DNA of 64,000 nt from Squalus acanthias (GCA_030390025.1 CM059433.1:7566001-7630000), one strand, 5' to 3'; positions 13,019-27,043 are shown, counted from the stretch's first letter. Notes: generated by a model not told the origin, from the sequence alone. Translations and numbers: made by a program.

Positions 13019-14257
13019 AACATAAGAATTAGGAGTAGGCCATGCCTACTCGAGCCTGCTCCACCATTCAGTAAGATCATGGCTGATCTTCGACTTCAAC
13101 TCCACTTCCCGCCCGATTTCCATATCCTTTGATTCCCCTAGAGTCCAAAAATCTATCCATCTCAGCCTTGAATACACTCAACAACTCAGCATCCACAGCC
13201 CTTTGGGATAGAGAATTCCAAAGATTCACAACCCTGAGTGAAGAAATTCCTCCTCGTCTCAGTCTTAAATGGCTGACCCCTTATCCTGAAACTATGCCCC
13301 CTAGTTCTGGACCCTCCAGCCAGGGGAAACAACCTCTCAGCATCTACCCTGTCAATCCCCCTCAAAATCTTATATGTTTCAATGAGATCACCTCTCATTC
13401 TTCTAAACTCTGGAGATTATAGGCTCAATCCACTCAATCTCTCCTCATATGTCAAACCTCTCATCCCAGGAATCAATCTAGTGAACCTTTGTTGCACCAC
13501 CTCTAAGGTAAGTACGTACTTCCTCAGATAAGGAGACCAAAACTGTGCACGGTACTCCAGGTGTCGTCTCACCAAAGCCCTGTACAATTGTAGTGAGACT
13601 TCCTTACTTTTGTACTCCAACCCCTTTGCAATAAAGGCCAACATGCCATTTGCCTTCTTAATTGCTTGCTGTACCTGCATGCTAACTATCTATGTTTGCT
13701 GTACAAGGACACCTAAATCTCTCTGAACACCAATAGTTTCTCGCCATTTAAAAATATTCTGTTTTTCTATTCTTCCTACCAAAGTGAATAACCTCACATT
13801 TCCCTACATTATACTTCATCTGTCACCTTGTTGTCCACTCGCTTAACCTGTCTATATCCCTTTGCAGGCTCTTTGTGTCCTCCTCACAGCTTACTCCCCC
13901 ACCCAGCTTTGTATCGTCAGCAAACTTGGATACATTGCACTCAGTCCCTTCATCTAAGTCATTAATATAGATTGTAAATAGCTGAGGTCCAAGCACTGAT
14001 CCTTGCGGCACCCCACTAGTTAGAGCCTGCAAACCTGAAAATGGCCCGTTTATCCCTACTCTCTGTTTTCTGTCCATTAACCAATCCTCTATCCATTTAA
14101 TATATTACCCCCACCCCCATGAGCCCTTAGCTTGCGTAGCAACCTTTTATGTGGCACCTTATCGAATGGCTTTTGGAAATTCAAATATACTACATCCACT
14201 GGTTCCCCTTTATCTACCCTGCTAGTTATATCCTCAAAAAACTCTAACAAATTTGAC
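13019..14257 (-). mobile_element. CR1 LINE, 5'-truncated
   Basis: [31 protein letters not shown]2 C-terminus; 3' UTR. Confidence 0.95.
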
Positions 14258-14473
14258 TTATCTCATCTGAGCTGCCAGCACCACAAACAAGAAAGCTAAA
14301 TTAATGGCAGAGATGTTAGTTTGATGCATAAAAGTTGTGCCAAATGTTGGTCTTGTTATATCTTTGACACAACCATGTCAATTTGTCCAGTTCTGTCATT
14401 TGATTGGTTAGTGGAAAAAATGGAAATTTTGGGCCAATTTTCAACCAGTTCGGTGAAACTCAACAGGTTCAGG

Positions 14474-15777
14474 AACAACAACAACTTGTATTTATATAGT
14501 GCCTTTAACGTAGTAAAACGTCCCAAGGTGCTTCACAGGAGTATTAAAAGACAAAACATTTGACACCGAGCCACATAAGGATAAATTAGGGCAGGTGACC
14601 AAAAGCCTAGTCAAAGAGGTAGGTTTTAAGGAGCGTCATAAAGGAGGAAAGAGAGGTAGCGAGGCGGAGAGGTTTAGGCAGGGAATTCCAGAGCTTAGGG
14701 CCTCGGCAACAGAAGGCACGGCCACCAATGGTTGAGCGATTATAATCAGGGATGCTCAAGAGGGCAGAATTGGAGGAGCGCAGATATCTCGGGGGGGGGG
14801 GGGGGGGGGGGGTTGTGGGGCTGAAGGAGATTACAGAGATAGGGAGGGGGCGAGGCCATGGAGGGATTTGAAAACAAGGATGAGACATTTGAAATCGAGG
14901 TGTTGCTTAACCGGGAGCCAATGTAGGTCAGCGAGCACAGGGGTGATGGGTGAACGGGACTTGGTGCGAGTTAGGACACAGGCAGCCGAGTTTTGGATGA
15001 CCTCAAGTTTATGTCGGGTAGAATGTGGGAGGCCAGCCAGGAGTGCATTGGAATAGTGAAGTCTAGAGATAACAAAGGCATGGATGAGGGTTTCAGCAGC
15101 GGATGAGCTGAGGCAAGGGCGGAGACGGGCAATGTTATGGAGGTGGAAATAGGCGGTCTTAGTTATGCTGCGGATATGTGGTCGGAAACTAATTTCAGGG
15201 TCAAATATGACACCAAGGTTGTGAACAGTGTGGTTCAGCCTCAGACAGATGTTAGGGAGAGGGATGGAGTCAGTGGCTAGGGAATGGAGTTTGTGGCAGG
15301 GACCGAAAACAATGGCTTTGGTCTTCCCAATATTTAATTGGAGAACATTTCTGCTCATCCAGAACTGGATGTCGGACAAGCAGTCTGACAATTTAGAGAC
15401 CGTGGAGGGGTCGAGAAAAGTGGTAGTGAGGTAGAGCTGGGTGTCATTAGCGTACATGTGGAAACTGACGCTGTGTTTTCGGATGATGTCGCCAAGGGGC
15501 AACATGTAGATGAGAAATAGGAGGGGCCAAGGATAGATCCTTGGGGGACACCAGAGGTAACGATGCAGGAGCGGGAAGAGAAGCCGTTGCAGGTGATTCT
15601 CTGGCTATGATTAGATAGATAAGAATGGAACCAGGCGAGTGCAGTCCCACCCAGCTGGACAACGGTGGAGAAGCGTTGGAGAAGGTTGGAGTGGTCAACC
15701 GTGTCAAAGGCTGCAGACAAGTCAAGAAGGACGAGGAGGGATAGTTTACCTTTGTCACAGTCACAAAGGATGTCATT
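14474..15777 (-). mobile_element. L2 LINE, 5'-truncated
   Basis: LLDLSAAFDTVDH, GVPQGSILGP, FHMYANDTQLY, LHWLPVKQ; (TTG)n tail. Confidence 0.95.
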
Positions 15778-17235
15778 CAAGGGTAAATTACAGTAATTTC
15801 AACTTTAAAAACATTGGAGTGGGGGGTGGGAGGAAAGTGTGAAATATAATAGGCTGCATTAGACCTATTAGACCTTTAACAAATTATAGTTAAAGTAAAA
15901 ACAAATAAGAAGAGAAGGGGTTAAATAAGAGAAGGATGAAAAAAAGAAGACAGGACAAACAGGAGTATTTAAACTTATTTTTAATTTAAAAGTTTTACAT
16001 ATTTTTGCAGCACTACATTTGAGTAGCTTTTGTATAGGAATAACTTTTCAGCATGCGTGAAATAAGATCTTTAAAAAAACTGCCACAAGCATGGATTTCT
16101 ATTAAACTGCCAGCAGTCTAGAAGCTAAAATAGCATGCATACTTCTTGAAACTTGTATAAATAGAATACAGAATCCATGGGTGGCAGTGTTGCTCAGCGG
16201 GCAATTAGAAATCCTGTAATTATAATCTATGATTTATGTCTTTCCCCATTACCTTTCGCAGTTTAAAAATCCCAAAGTTTGATTCCAGATTGTTGTGGGT
16301 TTTTAAAAAATTTAATAATATGAATAAGAATGTGAATATATTAGGATTTAAAGTTGCAAAATTATTAAGGTTCCATCAAGGCTCCTTCCATTTAAGCAGT
16401 CCGCTTGTGCAGTGATCTAGTAGGAAGGGTGTTTCTGTCATGAGCATTATGCTTGAGCTGCTATATTTGAGTACATTACTTATATTTGCTTCAAATCCTC
16501 TGAAAGTGATCTAAAAATAGTCTCTGTAGTCCTTACTGAGATAAGTCACCTGTCTTTGAACATGGCATAATTTTAATTCAGTGAACTAAATAAATTGCAT
16601 TTCTAAGACTCAAAGTGAATTATTATGCAAAGATTGATTTAAAAAATATTTTTTATTAGATATTGTGTTCAAAGGACAGCACAGTGAGTTATCAATGCTG
16701 CACACATTGGAGCTACAACATGCCAGAATATAAGAAAAGACTAATTATAAAATATAATTTAATATTAGAGATTGTGAACCGATTATTATTTCCTTTGTTT
16801 CAAGAAGTTAGCATAGTCTAACACCTAATGTAAATAAACACTTTATAGTAGTCAATCTCCCATGACGTTGCACACGGGGAGTCAAGACCAAATGTAGTCT
16901 TCAGGTGAAGCAGAGTTAGAGGCTGGGCGACAATTGGACTAGGGCATACAGACATAATTCAGTCCCCGTTTTAAAGTCATATAGGAACAGGAGTAGGCCA
17001 TTTTATATTTTATATTTCCATTATAAATTCCTTGTCCACATTTACAATGAAAATTGCCTAAGTAAACATATCACTCGTAAGTACACCCTCCTCAAAGTGG
17101 TGGCATAAGTGTGCACAGACATAAGATTTTTAATGTATTATATATTACTGCTATTTATCGGTTTGTTCATATATTGTTCAATAAATTAATTTGTTGTTAA
17201 AGCTTAAAGCGAGCTTGTCATATTCTGCTACTTCT

Positions 17236-17544
17236 CAGAATCACAGAATCCCCACAATGCAGATAGAGGCCATTTCGGCCCATCGAGCCTGCACCGACAC
17301 ATATCCCACCCTATCCCCGTAACCCCACGTACTTAATCCCCCCTAACACTAAGGGTCAATTTATCATAGCCAAATCAACCTAACCCGCACATCTTTGGAC
17401 TGTGGGAGGAAACCGGAGCACCCGGAGGAAACCCACGCAGACACGGGGAGAATGTGCAAACTCCACACAGACAGTCACCCGAGGCCGGATTCAAACCCGG
17501 GTCCCTGGCGCTGTGAGGCAACAGTGCTAACCACTATGCCACCG
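17236..17544 (-). mobile_element. HE1-like V-SINE
   Basis: tRNA-like head with A/B boxes, V-domain GGAGGAAACCCACGCAGACACGGGGAGAA, CR1-type tail. Confidence 0.88.
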
Positions 17545-18197
17545 GAAGAACCAAGGAGATTCCTATGGAAACACAGGATAGATCCAGTAGTAAAAAAGAT
17601 TTTATTTTTGTTATCCCAGGTATGTTATCCAAACTTACCTAGATATCAGCATGTGAAGATATCTATGAGTAGTCTAAAATACAGGAGCAGAACTATCGAG
17701 AGTAACAAGGGCAGAAATGACGTGAAAGCATAGTAGTGCTCTTTCACTATGCTTCCAAATGGAAAACAGGAAACAGTCTCTATTCAAAGGGGCAGAAGCT
17801 TGTTCAGAAATAAATTAACATAAAATACTTTGATGGTTGATGAATCCAGTGTGTTAGCATGCAAACGTGATTTCCAGTCACTGTCAATTGTGAGAACAAG
17901 CAGGCTGTTCTGGATCCAGAAGCTATCCCTTGGTCTGCTGAGATGTGAAGAATGTTAACATTTCGACTGCCCAACTGCTGCAAAGAAATAGCTTGAACTT
18001 CAAAATAAAGGACACCCTTGAAATTCAGGGAACTTCTTGTGAGCTTCAGTTTGTTTTGACTGCATACCTACAACGCGAAGAGGGCAATTAGAGCACTACA
18101 AGGATAATTTAAACCTATATACCATCATAGACTGTAAGTCATGAGGAGCTTACTGAGAGGAACAGTCTTTTTAAACAGTCAGCCCAGCTTACATATA

Positions 18198-18560
18198 GGC
18201 CTGGACTTTCCTTCGCTATCCCACCCCTAATCAGGAGGGATAATTATGGGAAAATGGAGCAATGAAGCCTACTGCCTCTCTGCCCCGACCTTCATTTCCC
18301 TCACCCACCCCCGCTGGAACAGCCACTGGCTGCTCTTCCCCTCACATCGTATGTAAATGCCGGCGGGGAGGTGAGATCAAGCCCCAAAAACTGCCGACCA
18401 CTCCTTGATTTTTGGTGCAAAAAGGTCCCACTTCTTCGGGTGCTGCAACGGCCATCCCACTACAGCACTGCCAGAATTTTGCACGGAGGCAGTGGCAGGC
18501 TCCCTCTTGTTGGCAGGCACCTCATTAAGAGTCCACCCTGCACAACTAATGTGCCCTGAG
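18198..18560. mobile_element. Degenerate Harbinger-type MITE fragment
   Basis: GGCCTGGACTTTCC end resembling other termini in the window; GC-rich; no partner TIR found. Confidence 0.4.
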
Positions 18561-18913
18561 CCAGGAAAATGTTTACACTGAATAGCACCTTACCGATTCT
18601 GTGTTTCTGTTTATTATTTTACTTGTAATTATAGCTGGACAGTCATGCTAGCTTGTACAGTGGTCTAGCAGTGTGGTATTTTGCCCCTTCTGAGGTGACT
18701 AGAGAATGTCATAGGTGTCGCACATTTTCTATAATAGGCAATTTATCACAATTTGGGGTTGATTGCTCGTCCTGGGCTACGTTTACTTGGCACGTGGCAG
18801 AAGATAAAGAGACAGATTTCAATTCTGGGGTTTTTCCTTGTCTCGTGTCTGAGTCTGCTGTAGACCAATTGATAGAGATTGATTGCTATGATTAGTCAAC
18901 AACTCCATTATCC

Positions 18914-19935
18914 TTGGTTTTGGTGGTTGGAGGTCAATCATCACAGCCCCAAGACATCGCTGTAGGAGTTCCTCAGGACAGTGTCCTAGGCCCAACCATC
19001 TTCAGCTGCTTCATCAATGACCTTCCCTCCATCATAAGGTCAGAAGTGGGGATGTTCGCTGATGACTGCACAGTGTTCAGTGCCATTCGCAACTCCTCAG
19101 ATAATGAAGCAGTTCATGCCTGCATGCAGCAAGACCTGGACGACATTCAGGCTTGGGCTGATCAGTGGCAGGTAACATTCACGCCACAGAAGTGCCAGGC
19201 AATGACTATCTCCAACAAGCGAGCATCTAACCACCGCCCCTTGACATTCAAAGGTATTACCATCGCTGAATCCCCTACCATCAATATCCTAGGGGTCACC
19301 ATTGACCAGAAACTTAACTGGACCAGCCACATAAATACTGTGGCAACAAGAGCAGGTCAGAGGCTGGGTATTCTGCGGCGAGTGTCTCACCTCCTGACTC
19401 CCCAAAGCCTTTCCACCATCTACAAGGCACAAGTCAGCTTGGATGAGTGCAGCTCCAACAACACTCAAGAAGCTCGACTCCAACCAAGACAAAGCAGGCC
19501 GCTTGATTGGCACCCCATCCACCACCTTAAACAATCACTCCCTCCACCACCGGCGTACCGTGGCTGTAGTGTGTACCATCTACAAGATGCACTGCAGCAA
19601 CTCGCCAAGGATTCTTCGGCAGCACATCCCAAACCCGCGACCTCTACCGCCTAGAAGGACAAGGGCAGCAGGCGCATGGGAACACCACCACCTCCAAGTT
19701 TCCCTCCAAGTCACACACCATCCTGACAGAAGTATATCGCTGTTCCTTCATCGTCGCTGGGTCATAATCCTGGAACTCCTTACCTAACAGTACTGGGGGA
19801 GTACCTTCACCACACAGACTACAGTGGTTCAAGAAGGCAGCTCACCACCACCTTCTCGAGGGCAACTAGAGATGGGCAATAAATGCTGGCCTTGCCAGCG
19901 ACGCCCACATCCCATGAACGAATATTTAAAAAAAT
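18914..19935 (+). mobile_element. CR1-group LINE, second lineage, 5'-truncated
   Basis: GVPQDSVLGPTIFSCFINDLP..MFADDCT; C-terminus and 3' UTR ending in an A-rich tail. Confidence 0.9.
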
Positions 19936-20218
19936 GTGAAAACTAGAATGGTAGAAGGCAAACTAGATCGCCATTGGTCTTTTTCCGTCTCGCAATTCCT
20001 AAGTTCCTATTAGGTTTAGTTGGAAGCTTGCTTTGTGGGATAACCTTTACAGATTTAAGTGTGACAATATTTGAAGTTTGAAACTGCAACTAACAAGTTT
20101 GTTTTCTTGCAGACCTGATCTGCATGTGAAGCAAGGCACAACAGGTTAAGATGAAACTCTTTGTTTCTTGCATACTTTGCCCCTCTATTTTGTATAGGAA
20201 AATGCTAAGTAGTCTTAC

Positions 20219-20360
20219 CATGGCTGATTTTCTGAGGCTGGCAAAGTTATTCCTCATTTGCTGCCAAGTCCCCTGAATGTGGGAAACCCTGTTGACATTT
20301 TGGGCCATCTTGTATGCAATGCAAATGACTGGCCTGTGGGAAGCCTTTCAGCGAGCTCCA
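20219..20360 (-). pseudogene. Old Harbinger Myb/SANT exon remnant
   Basis: MAQNVNRVSHIQGTWQQMRNNFASLRK followed by a GTAAG donor; parallels RTHTQCRKKFNDL|GT at 3247. Confidence 0.5.
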
Positions 20361-20674
20361 TGGGGCAGGCCCAATCCAGACTGGGAACTTACAGTGCATA
20401 AATAATGAGGCTACGCTCAGAAGGTTTTATGGGATCTGTCATTCATAACTTGTGCAAGTGCAAAGCTTACAGCTTCAATGTTATGACAGTAAAATGTACC
20501 CTCCAGTAAATTTCTTTCATCTTAATTATAAAAGGTACAGCGATAAATTATTAAAACGAATACTGCACCATCACAATTTACTCACAATTATTGCATATTT
20601 TTCCGGTACATCTGTAGCACAAGTAGTTCATCGGACAACACTGCATATCAGCCTCCTTCTAGATTTTGAATGAG

Positions 20675-21140
20675 ACATTAAACTGAGGTCCTACCTATCT
20701 GTTTCAATAGACGTTAAAAATCCCATGGCGCTACTTGAAAAACAGCAAGGAGCTCTGACGTACTGGAAAACATTCTTTCTTGAACTGGTATGGCAAATAA
20801 ACAGCAGATTAACTGATTAATCAATACATTGCTGTTTGTGGGTGTCTGGAATTCCCTCCCTAAACCTCTCCGCCTCGCTACCTCTCTTTCCTCCTTTAAG
20901 ATGCTCCTTAAAACCTACCTCTTTGACCAAGCTTTTGGGTCATCTGCCCTAATTTCTCCTTATGTGGCTCAGTCAAATTTTTTGTCTTAATACTCCTGTG
21001 AAACGCCTTGGGACGTTTTACTACGTTAAAGGTGCTATATAAATACAAGTTGTTGTTGTTGTTGTATCTGCATACAAAACACTGCACTTCAAAAGTAATT
21101 CATTGTGTAAAGCACTGCGACATAATAAGATGCTATGTAA
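20675..21140 (+). mobile_element. Degenerate Deu-domain SINE with nested L2 3' end (about 20848-21064)
   Basis: GACGTTAAAAATCCCATGGCGCTA similar to 44707; L2 tail matching 14474-14690. Confidence 0.75.
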
Positions 21141-21624
21141 ATGGTGGTATTATTAACGCTGCTATTTAAGAGTCAAATCCCCCAATAGTTTTCAGTTGGC
21201 TACTTGTTAAAAGTCTGCTTTTTGCTAAATAAGTTACTACATCAAGTCATTTTCCTCAAAGTGAGAATATAATCTGCAATGCCTGACATGAAAAATGTCC
21301 CTCAATGTACAATGCAATTGATTGTAAAAAGAGAGCTTTTCCTTATACCTACCAAGACTATAGCTTCGATTTTAACTTACAGCTGCAATTGGGCAGGGCG
21401 AGCAGGAAGCTTCCATTACATCACCAGCTTGATTTTAACTCCCAGGCCTCATTTTAATATGATTGTCAGGTTGCCCACCAGATTGCATTGGGAAACGGGC
21501 AGCCCGCCCACTTTCTTTCTGCTTTCTGGTTGCTGAGGCTGCTGCTGTTCCTCCTCCTCCAACTGTTCCTCCATCCAAATGAAACTGGCAATAATAGCAC
21601 CCATGATAAGCAGACAGAGCTTAC

Positions 21625-21915
21625 TAACAACAACTTGTATTTATATAGCGCCTTTAACGTAGTAAAACATCCCAAGGCGCTGCACAGGAGAATTATAAGA
21701 CAAAAAATTTGACACCGAGCCACTTGAGGATAAACTAGGGCAGGTGACCACAATGGCTTCGGTTTTCCCAATATTTAATTGGAGAAAATTTTTGCTCATC
21801 CAGAACTGTATGTCGGACAAGCAGTCTGACAATTTAGAGACTGTGGAGGGGTCGAGAGAAGAGGTAGTGAGGTAGAGCTGGGTGTTGTCAGCGTACATGT
21901 AGAAACTGACGCTGT
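21625..21915 (-). mobile_element. L2 fragment with internal deletion
   Basis: MYADNTQLY..LQLNIGKTEAIV joined directly to the L2 3' tail. Confidence 0.9.
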
Positions 21916-22199
21916 ATGATACTATGGATAAGTAAGGCAGAAAAAAGTGAGAAAATAGCCATGTGGAAGCTGGAATCTCCTGGCAATCCAAACAACACAA
22001 TGGCGCACAAATACAATTTCATCGTATTCTAAACTCCTCAATCTGTATACTGCAATAAAACATTTGATCTTAGAAAAGTACAATTTAGTTCCTATTAACA
22101 GGAGCCCTCTGTCCCCAAAAAAGGGAATAAATGTAGGAATTATGGGACCATTTGAAATTCATTGAAGCAATGTTTAAAGATTCGTACAAGAGAAGTATA

Positions 22200-22725
22200 A
22201 AGAAAAACAAAACTAACAATAGAAAATGCTGCAAATACACACGAGGTCTGTCAAAATGTGTAAAGAGAAAAGACAGATTCATATTTTGGATGTATATTTT
22301 TCATTGAAACTGGAAGATAAGTGAGCTCAATAAAACACTGGGGAGACAACAATAGGTAGAATCACAAAGAAAAAAGACTTGCATTTATATAGCGCCTTTC
22401 TGTGCTGTACGTTCTATGTAATTCTATGAAATAGCTGAGTAAGTTGGTGAAAAGACGTGAGAAAGATATATACAAGGAAAGCAAGAAAATTGATGAAATA
22501 GAAAGGACAGAATTGAAAACAGCAAATATGAAATAAAAACAGAAATGAGCTAGCACCCAAAAAGAGAGAAAAGACTGGCTAATACCCTGATGCAGATCCG
22601 TTCGCTCTCCCACTGCCCAAACTTTGTTCTAACGAAAAGTCCACACCAAAATGTTAATCTGTCTCCCCTGTCCCGGATGCCCACAAGCCCACCATGCATC
22701 CCCAACACTCCCTGCTTCCAAGAAA
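22200..22725. mobile_element. Degenerate Penelope-like terminal repeats plus L2/CR1 tail scraps
   Basis: AGAAAATGCTGCAAATAC.. similar to 54760; GTTCTAACGAAAAG..AATGTTAATCTGTCTC. Confidence 0.45.
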
Positions 22726-23069
22726 ATGAAGGTGGTGGGGAAGGTCTGAAGTTGCTAAAGTCAGTGTGCAGACTAGCATGCTGCAGAGTTCCCAGAAGGA
22801 AGATGCGATACAAAGGTCCATTTTCCGCTTGTGCACTCCTGGTGCAGAGCTTTGCCCACCGGAAGCACACGTTGGGAAATTGCCCCTATGCAGTCCACTC
22901 TCTTCCGATTCGATAATTTTAGTGGATTGAAAATCATGAGCTGCATGCATGCGAATTCCCAATATGCACCACTTACTGTGCTGAGCTTCATTGGAACCAT
23001 ATAGGAGGCCAAAGATGGAGAGTGATGGGATAGGGAGTTGAAGTCCCAGTTGTGATGATGGATCTACAC

Positions 23070-24976
23070 ACAGTGGAGAGAAGTCAAAAAAACAATTAGG
23101 AAGGCAAAGAGGAACTATGAAATTAAAGGAACATAAAGCAAAATAGTAAAATATTTTACAGGCACATCAATAAAAAAAGGAAGGTTGGGATGGGAATAGG
23201 GCCATTAAAGGATAGACAGGACAATACCACAGGTAACGATAGGGAGATGGCAGAAATATTAAATCATTATTTTGCTTCGGTATTTACCAGGGAGATAGAA
23301 CAGGTAGACATGACATTGGATGATGAGATGAGTAATGAGATAAGTGCATTTAAAATAAAAAACAGGGATATATTAAATAAACTAATCAAACTCAAAGAGG
23401 ATAAAACCCCTGGTCTGGATGGATTGCATCCACGCATTTTAAAAGAATCTAGGGAAGAGATAGCAGAAGCATTACTACACATATTTAACAATTCATTAGA
23501 AAAAGGTATAGTGCCATTGGACTTGCGGATAGCTAATGTAATACCGAAATTTAAGAAGGGGGATAGATCATGTCCAGGGAATTATAGACCAGTCAGCTTA
23601 ACATCGGTGGTAGGAAAAAAAATGGAATCCCTACTAAAGGAGAGAATAGAAGAACATCCAGAAACGAAAAGTATAATAATGAATAGTCAGCATGGATTTC
23701 AAAAGGGAAAGTCTTGCTTGACCAACCTTATTGAATTTTTTGAAGAGCTAACAGAGAGAGTAGACAATGGTAATGCAGTAGATGTAATTTATCTAGATTT
23801 TCAAAAGGCCTTCGATAAGGTACCCCATAATAGACTAATGAATAAGGTCAGAGAATGCAAAGTCAGGGGACAAGTAGCAGAATGGATTGCTAGCTGGCTT
23901 CAAGACAGAAAGTAGAGATTGGGAGTAAAGGGTAGCTATTCACAGTGGCAGAAGGTGGGTAGTGGTGTTCCACAAGGATCAGTGCTGGGACCGCTGCTGT
24001 TCACAATTTACATTAACGATTTAGACTTTGGAATCAAAAACACAATTTCTAAATTTGCGGATGATACCAAATTGGGGAGGATAGTCAATACTGAGGAGGA
24101 CTGCAACAAATTACAGGGGGACATTAATAAACTTGCAGAATTGGCAAATAAAGTTCAACACAGATAAATGTGAGGTATTACATTTTGGTAGGAAGAATAG
24201 GGAGGTCACTTATCACTGGAGGGTGCGAGTCTAGGTGGGGTAGAGGAACAAAGGGATCTTGGAGTACAAATACACAAATCACTAAATGTTGCGCCACAGG
24301 TTAGCAAGACCATAAAAAAAGCAAACCAAGCACTGGGGTTTATTTTATAGAGGGATAGAATTGAAAAGTAGGGAAGTTATGCTAAACCTGTATCAAACCT
24401 TGGTTAGACCACACTTAGAGTACTGCATGCAGTTCTGGTCGCCATATTATAAAAAGGATATAGAGGCACTGGAGAGGGTGCAGAGAAGATTTACAAGGAT
24501 GATACCAGAAATGCGAAGGTATACATATCAGGAAAGGATGAACAGGCTGGGTCTCTTTTCTCTTGAAAAAAGGCTGAGGGGGTGACCTAATAGAGGTCTT
24601 TAAAATTATGAAAGGTTTTGATAGAGTGGATACAGAGAGAATGTTTCCACTTGTGGGGATGAGCATAACTAGAGCCCATCAATATAAGATAGTCACCAAG
24701 AAATCCAAAAGGGAATTCAGAAGAAACTTCTTTACCCAGAGAGTGGTGAGAATGTGGAACTCGCTACCACAGGGAGTGGTTGAAGCGAATAGTATGGATG
24801 CATTTAAGGGGAGGCTAGTCAAGCATATGAGGGAGAAGGGGATAGAGGGTTACGCTGATAGATTTAGATGAGGAAAGACGGGAGGAGGCTCAGCCGAGTG
24901 GAGCATAAACACCGGCATGGACTGGTTGGGCCATCTGGCCTGTTTCTGTGCCGTATATCCCATGTAATCCTATGTA
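23070..24976 (+). mobile_element. CR1 LINE, 5'-truncated, frameshifted ORF2
   Basis: NYRPVSLTSV, QHGF, YLDFQKAFDKVPH, KFADDTK; 3' UTR ending in ATGTAATCCTATGTA. Confidence 0.95.
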
Positions 24977-25919
24977 CACTTGAAATGTAAACCTGTCTCT
25001 TCTCTTCACAGATACTGAAGTATCTGCTGTGCATTTCCAGCATTTTTAATTTACTGTCACTTCTCTTCTAGAAATCCAGCTTTGACAAAGTTCTTATAAG
25101 ATACATATAAGAAATATTGTACCCAAAACTCCAATCTGTTTCAATAGTATTGGATGAATCACCACCCCCTCACGTATACACAACTTAAAACTGGATTGTA
25201 ATCCAGTATTCATTTTGAAGCTTTATGCGGCCTAAATTAGCTCATCTTTGGACTGTTCCACATAACCCAATTCAAATTAATTGAACAGTTACCGAAGCCA
25301 GCCAATCACAACGGGACATCGTATAACACTGAGAACAACCTGGATCTGATGGGTTTCCATCCCATTGACAACTCTGAAGGAAATTGTAAAGGAGGTGCAG
25401 GGGGTCGCGGATTGGAAGGGCAAGCACTTCTTCTACCTGCCCCACTAATGTTGCACCAGCACTTTGGAGATGACTTTGGAATGTCCCCAGGAATTCCATT
25501 GGGGTGGCCCTGAGAGACCCAGTTGTAGGTCCTGTTGTACGCCTAGTAAAAATCCCAAGAGCGAATAGACCAACGGTGACTGATCTCTCTGTGGCAGTGT
25601 GGCCCTGCCATTCAGCTGAGCTTTTTCTTTGGCTCAAATCGGACCTCTGGCTCAGAGTTCTGCTCATCCTTATTATTTAAATGATCTAGTCACCAGGAAT
25701 TTGCTGGCGTGATAGAGGAAAAGAGACTGCAACCTAGACAGCCCCTTCCTGCCAGGGCTCTATGAGATCTGCTCATTGAGAAGCGCTTCCACTAACCTCA
25801 ACTGGAACTCCCCATTCATCAGCAGTCTCACACTCCCAATTTTCCTCTCTCAGTAACCATTACATTGCCCTCTTTCTGTCAACACTTATTGGCACCTCCC
25901 TCGTTTAACTACAGACATA

Positions 25920-26157
25920 AAACTAACACCAAATGCAAAATCAAATCAAAATTTAGCAAATGAATCATTACATAATGCATTCAACATGAAACTAATCACT
26001 CCTGTGCATTCACTTAGTGCCTGTCTTTCATGTACCTTTCCCTATCCTGGTGCTTCCCCAGTGGCTGGAGCTTTGGAGGTGGGAGGCTGCTGAGCTGCGA
26101 TTCAGGAGATTTGCAGATGCCCTTGGAGGGCAACCTCGAGCAGCTGTGGGCCGAGAC
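25920..26157 (-). mobile_element. Harbinger Myb gene 3' end fragment
   Basis: Similar to 9830-10060; ends abruptly at the hAT-like end. Confidence 0.8.
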
Positions 26158-26205
26158 CAGTGGTGGGCAAAATCCGGCCCATGGGCCGTATCCGGCCCGC
26201 TGGAC
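26158..26205 (+). mobile_element. hAT (Charlie-like) 5' terminus
   Basis: CAGTGGTGGGCAAAATCCGGCCCATGGGCCGTATCCGGCCCGC; the homologous empty site reads GCCTAGAA (10052), close to the NTCTAGAN preference; no partner TIR found. Confidence 0.65.
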
Positions 26206-26416
26206 GGGACAGAAATAGGACGCGAGCCGGAGCTCGAGCTGCACATTAGTCTCTCCACTTTCACTTCTCGTGGGTCAGAGACGGACCCGAACTGCACCCA
26301 AGGAAAAAACATAGCAATACTTAATTCAAATTAATAATTCGCAAAAGCAATTCTCTCCGGCCTGATCTTAAAAGGATTCATTCCGCGATTCTGGGCCCCA
26401 ATGGCGGATGTCCGTA

Positions 26417-26805
26417 AAAAAGAAAAGAAAGACTTGGATTTAGATAGCGCCTTTCACGACCACCGGACATCTCAAAGCGCTTTACAGTCAATGAAGTACT
26501 TTTGGAGTGTAGTCACTGTTGTAACATAGGAAACGCGGCAGCCAAATATGCGCACAGCAAGCTCCCACAAACAACAATTTGATAATGAACAGATAATCTG
26601 TTTTTGTTATGTTGATTAAGAGATAAATATTGACCAGGACACCGGGGATAACTCCCCTGCTCTTCTTCGAAATAGTGCCATGGGATATTTTATGTCCACT
26701 TGAGAGACAGCATCTCCGACAGTGTAGCACTTCTTCAGCACTGCAGTGTCAGCCTAGCTTTATGTGCTCAAGTCCCTGGAGTGAGACTTGAACCCACAAC
26801 CTTCT

Positions 26806-26841
<36 letters not shown>

Positions 26842-26843
26842 GC
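26417..26843 (-). mobile_element. tRNA-derived Deu-domain SINE (SacSINE1-like)
   Basis: Reverse complement of 44514-44970; CGTA direct repeat at 26413 and 26843. Confidence 0.85.
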
Positions 26844-26844
26844 G

Positions 26845-26862
26845 TATCCAGAATGCACTGCG
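26845..26862 (+). promoter_or_regulatory. ZNF143/Staf-like site upstream of the TPP2 fragment
   Basis: TATCCAGAATGCACTGCG resembles the SBS consensus; about 40 bp before ATG 26899. Confidence 0.45.
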
Positions 26863-26898
26863 TACTTGAATATGCCCTATCCATTTTAGAGTCAAGTC

Positions 26899-27043
26899 AT
26901 GGCTGCTCATCTCCATGACTCTTTTAATGAAGAAAGAGACCGGCATTGCGCCTTTCAACTCCCAGTACCCAGAGTACGACGGCAGGGGAGTTCTCGTCGC
27001 TGTCTTAGACACGGGAGTGGATCCTGGAGTACAAGGACTCCAG
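26899..27043 (+). pseudogene. TPP2: Tripeptidyl peptidase II exon 1 fragment, frameshifted
   Basis: [27 protein letters not shown] followed by a GTAACG donor; ATG 26899 is 1 nt out of frame; no further exons recognised. Confidence 0.9.

Noticed and set aside
14791..14812. Functional G-quadruplex element
   Set aside because: A homopolymer expansion within L2 (7 nt in the copy at about 38130); the length may be a sequencing artefact.
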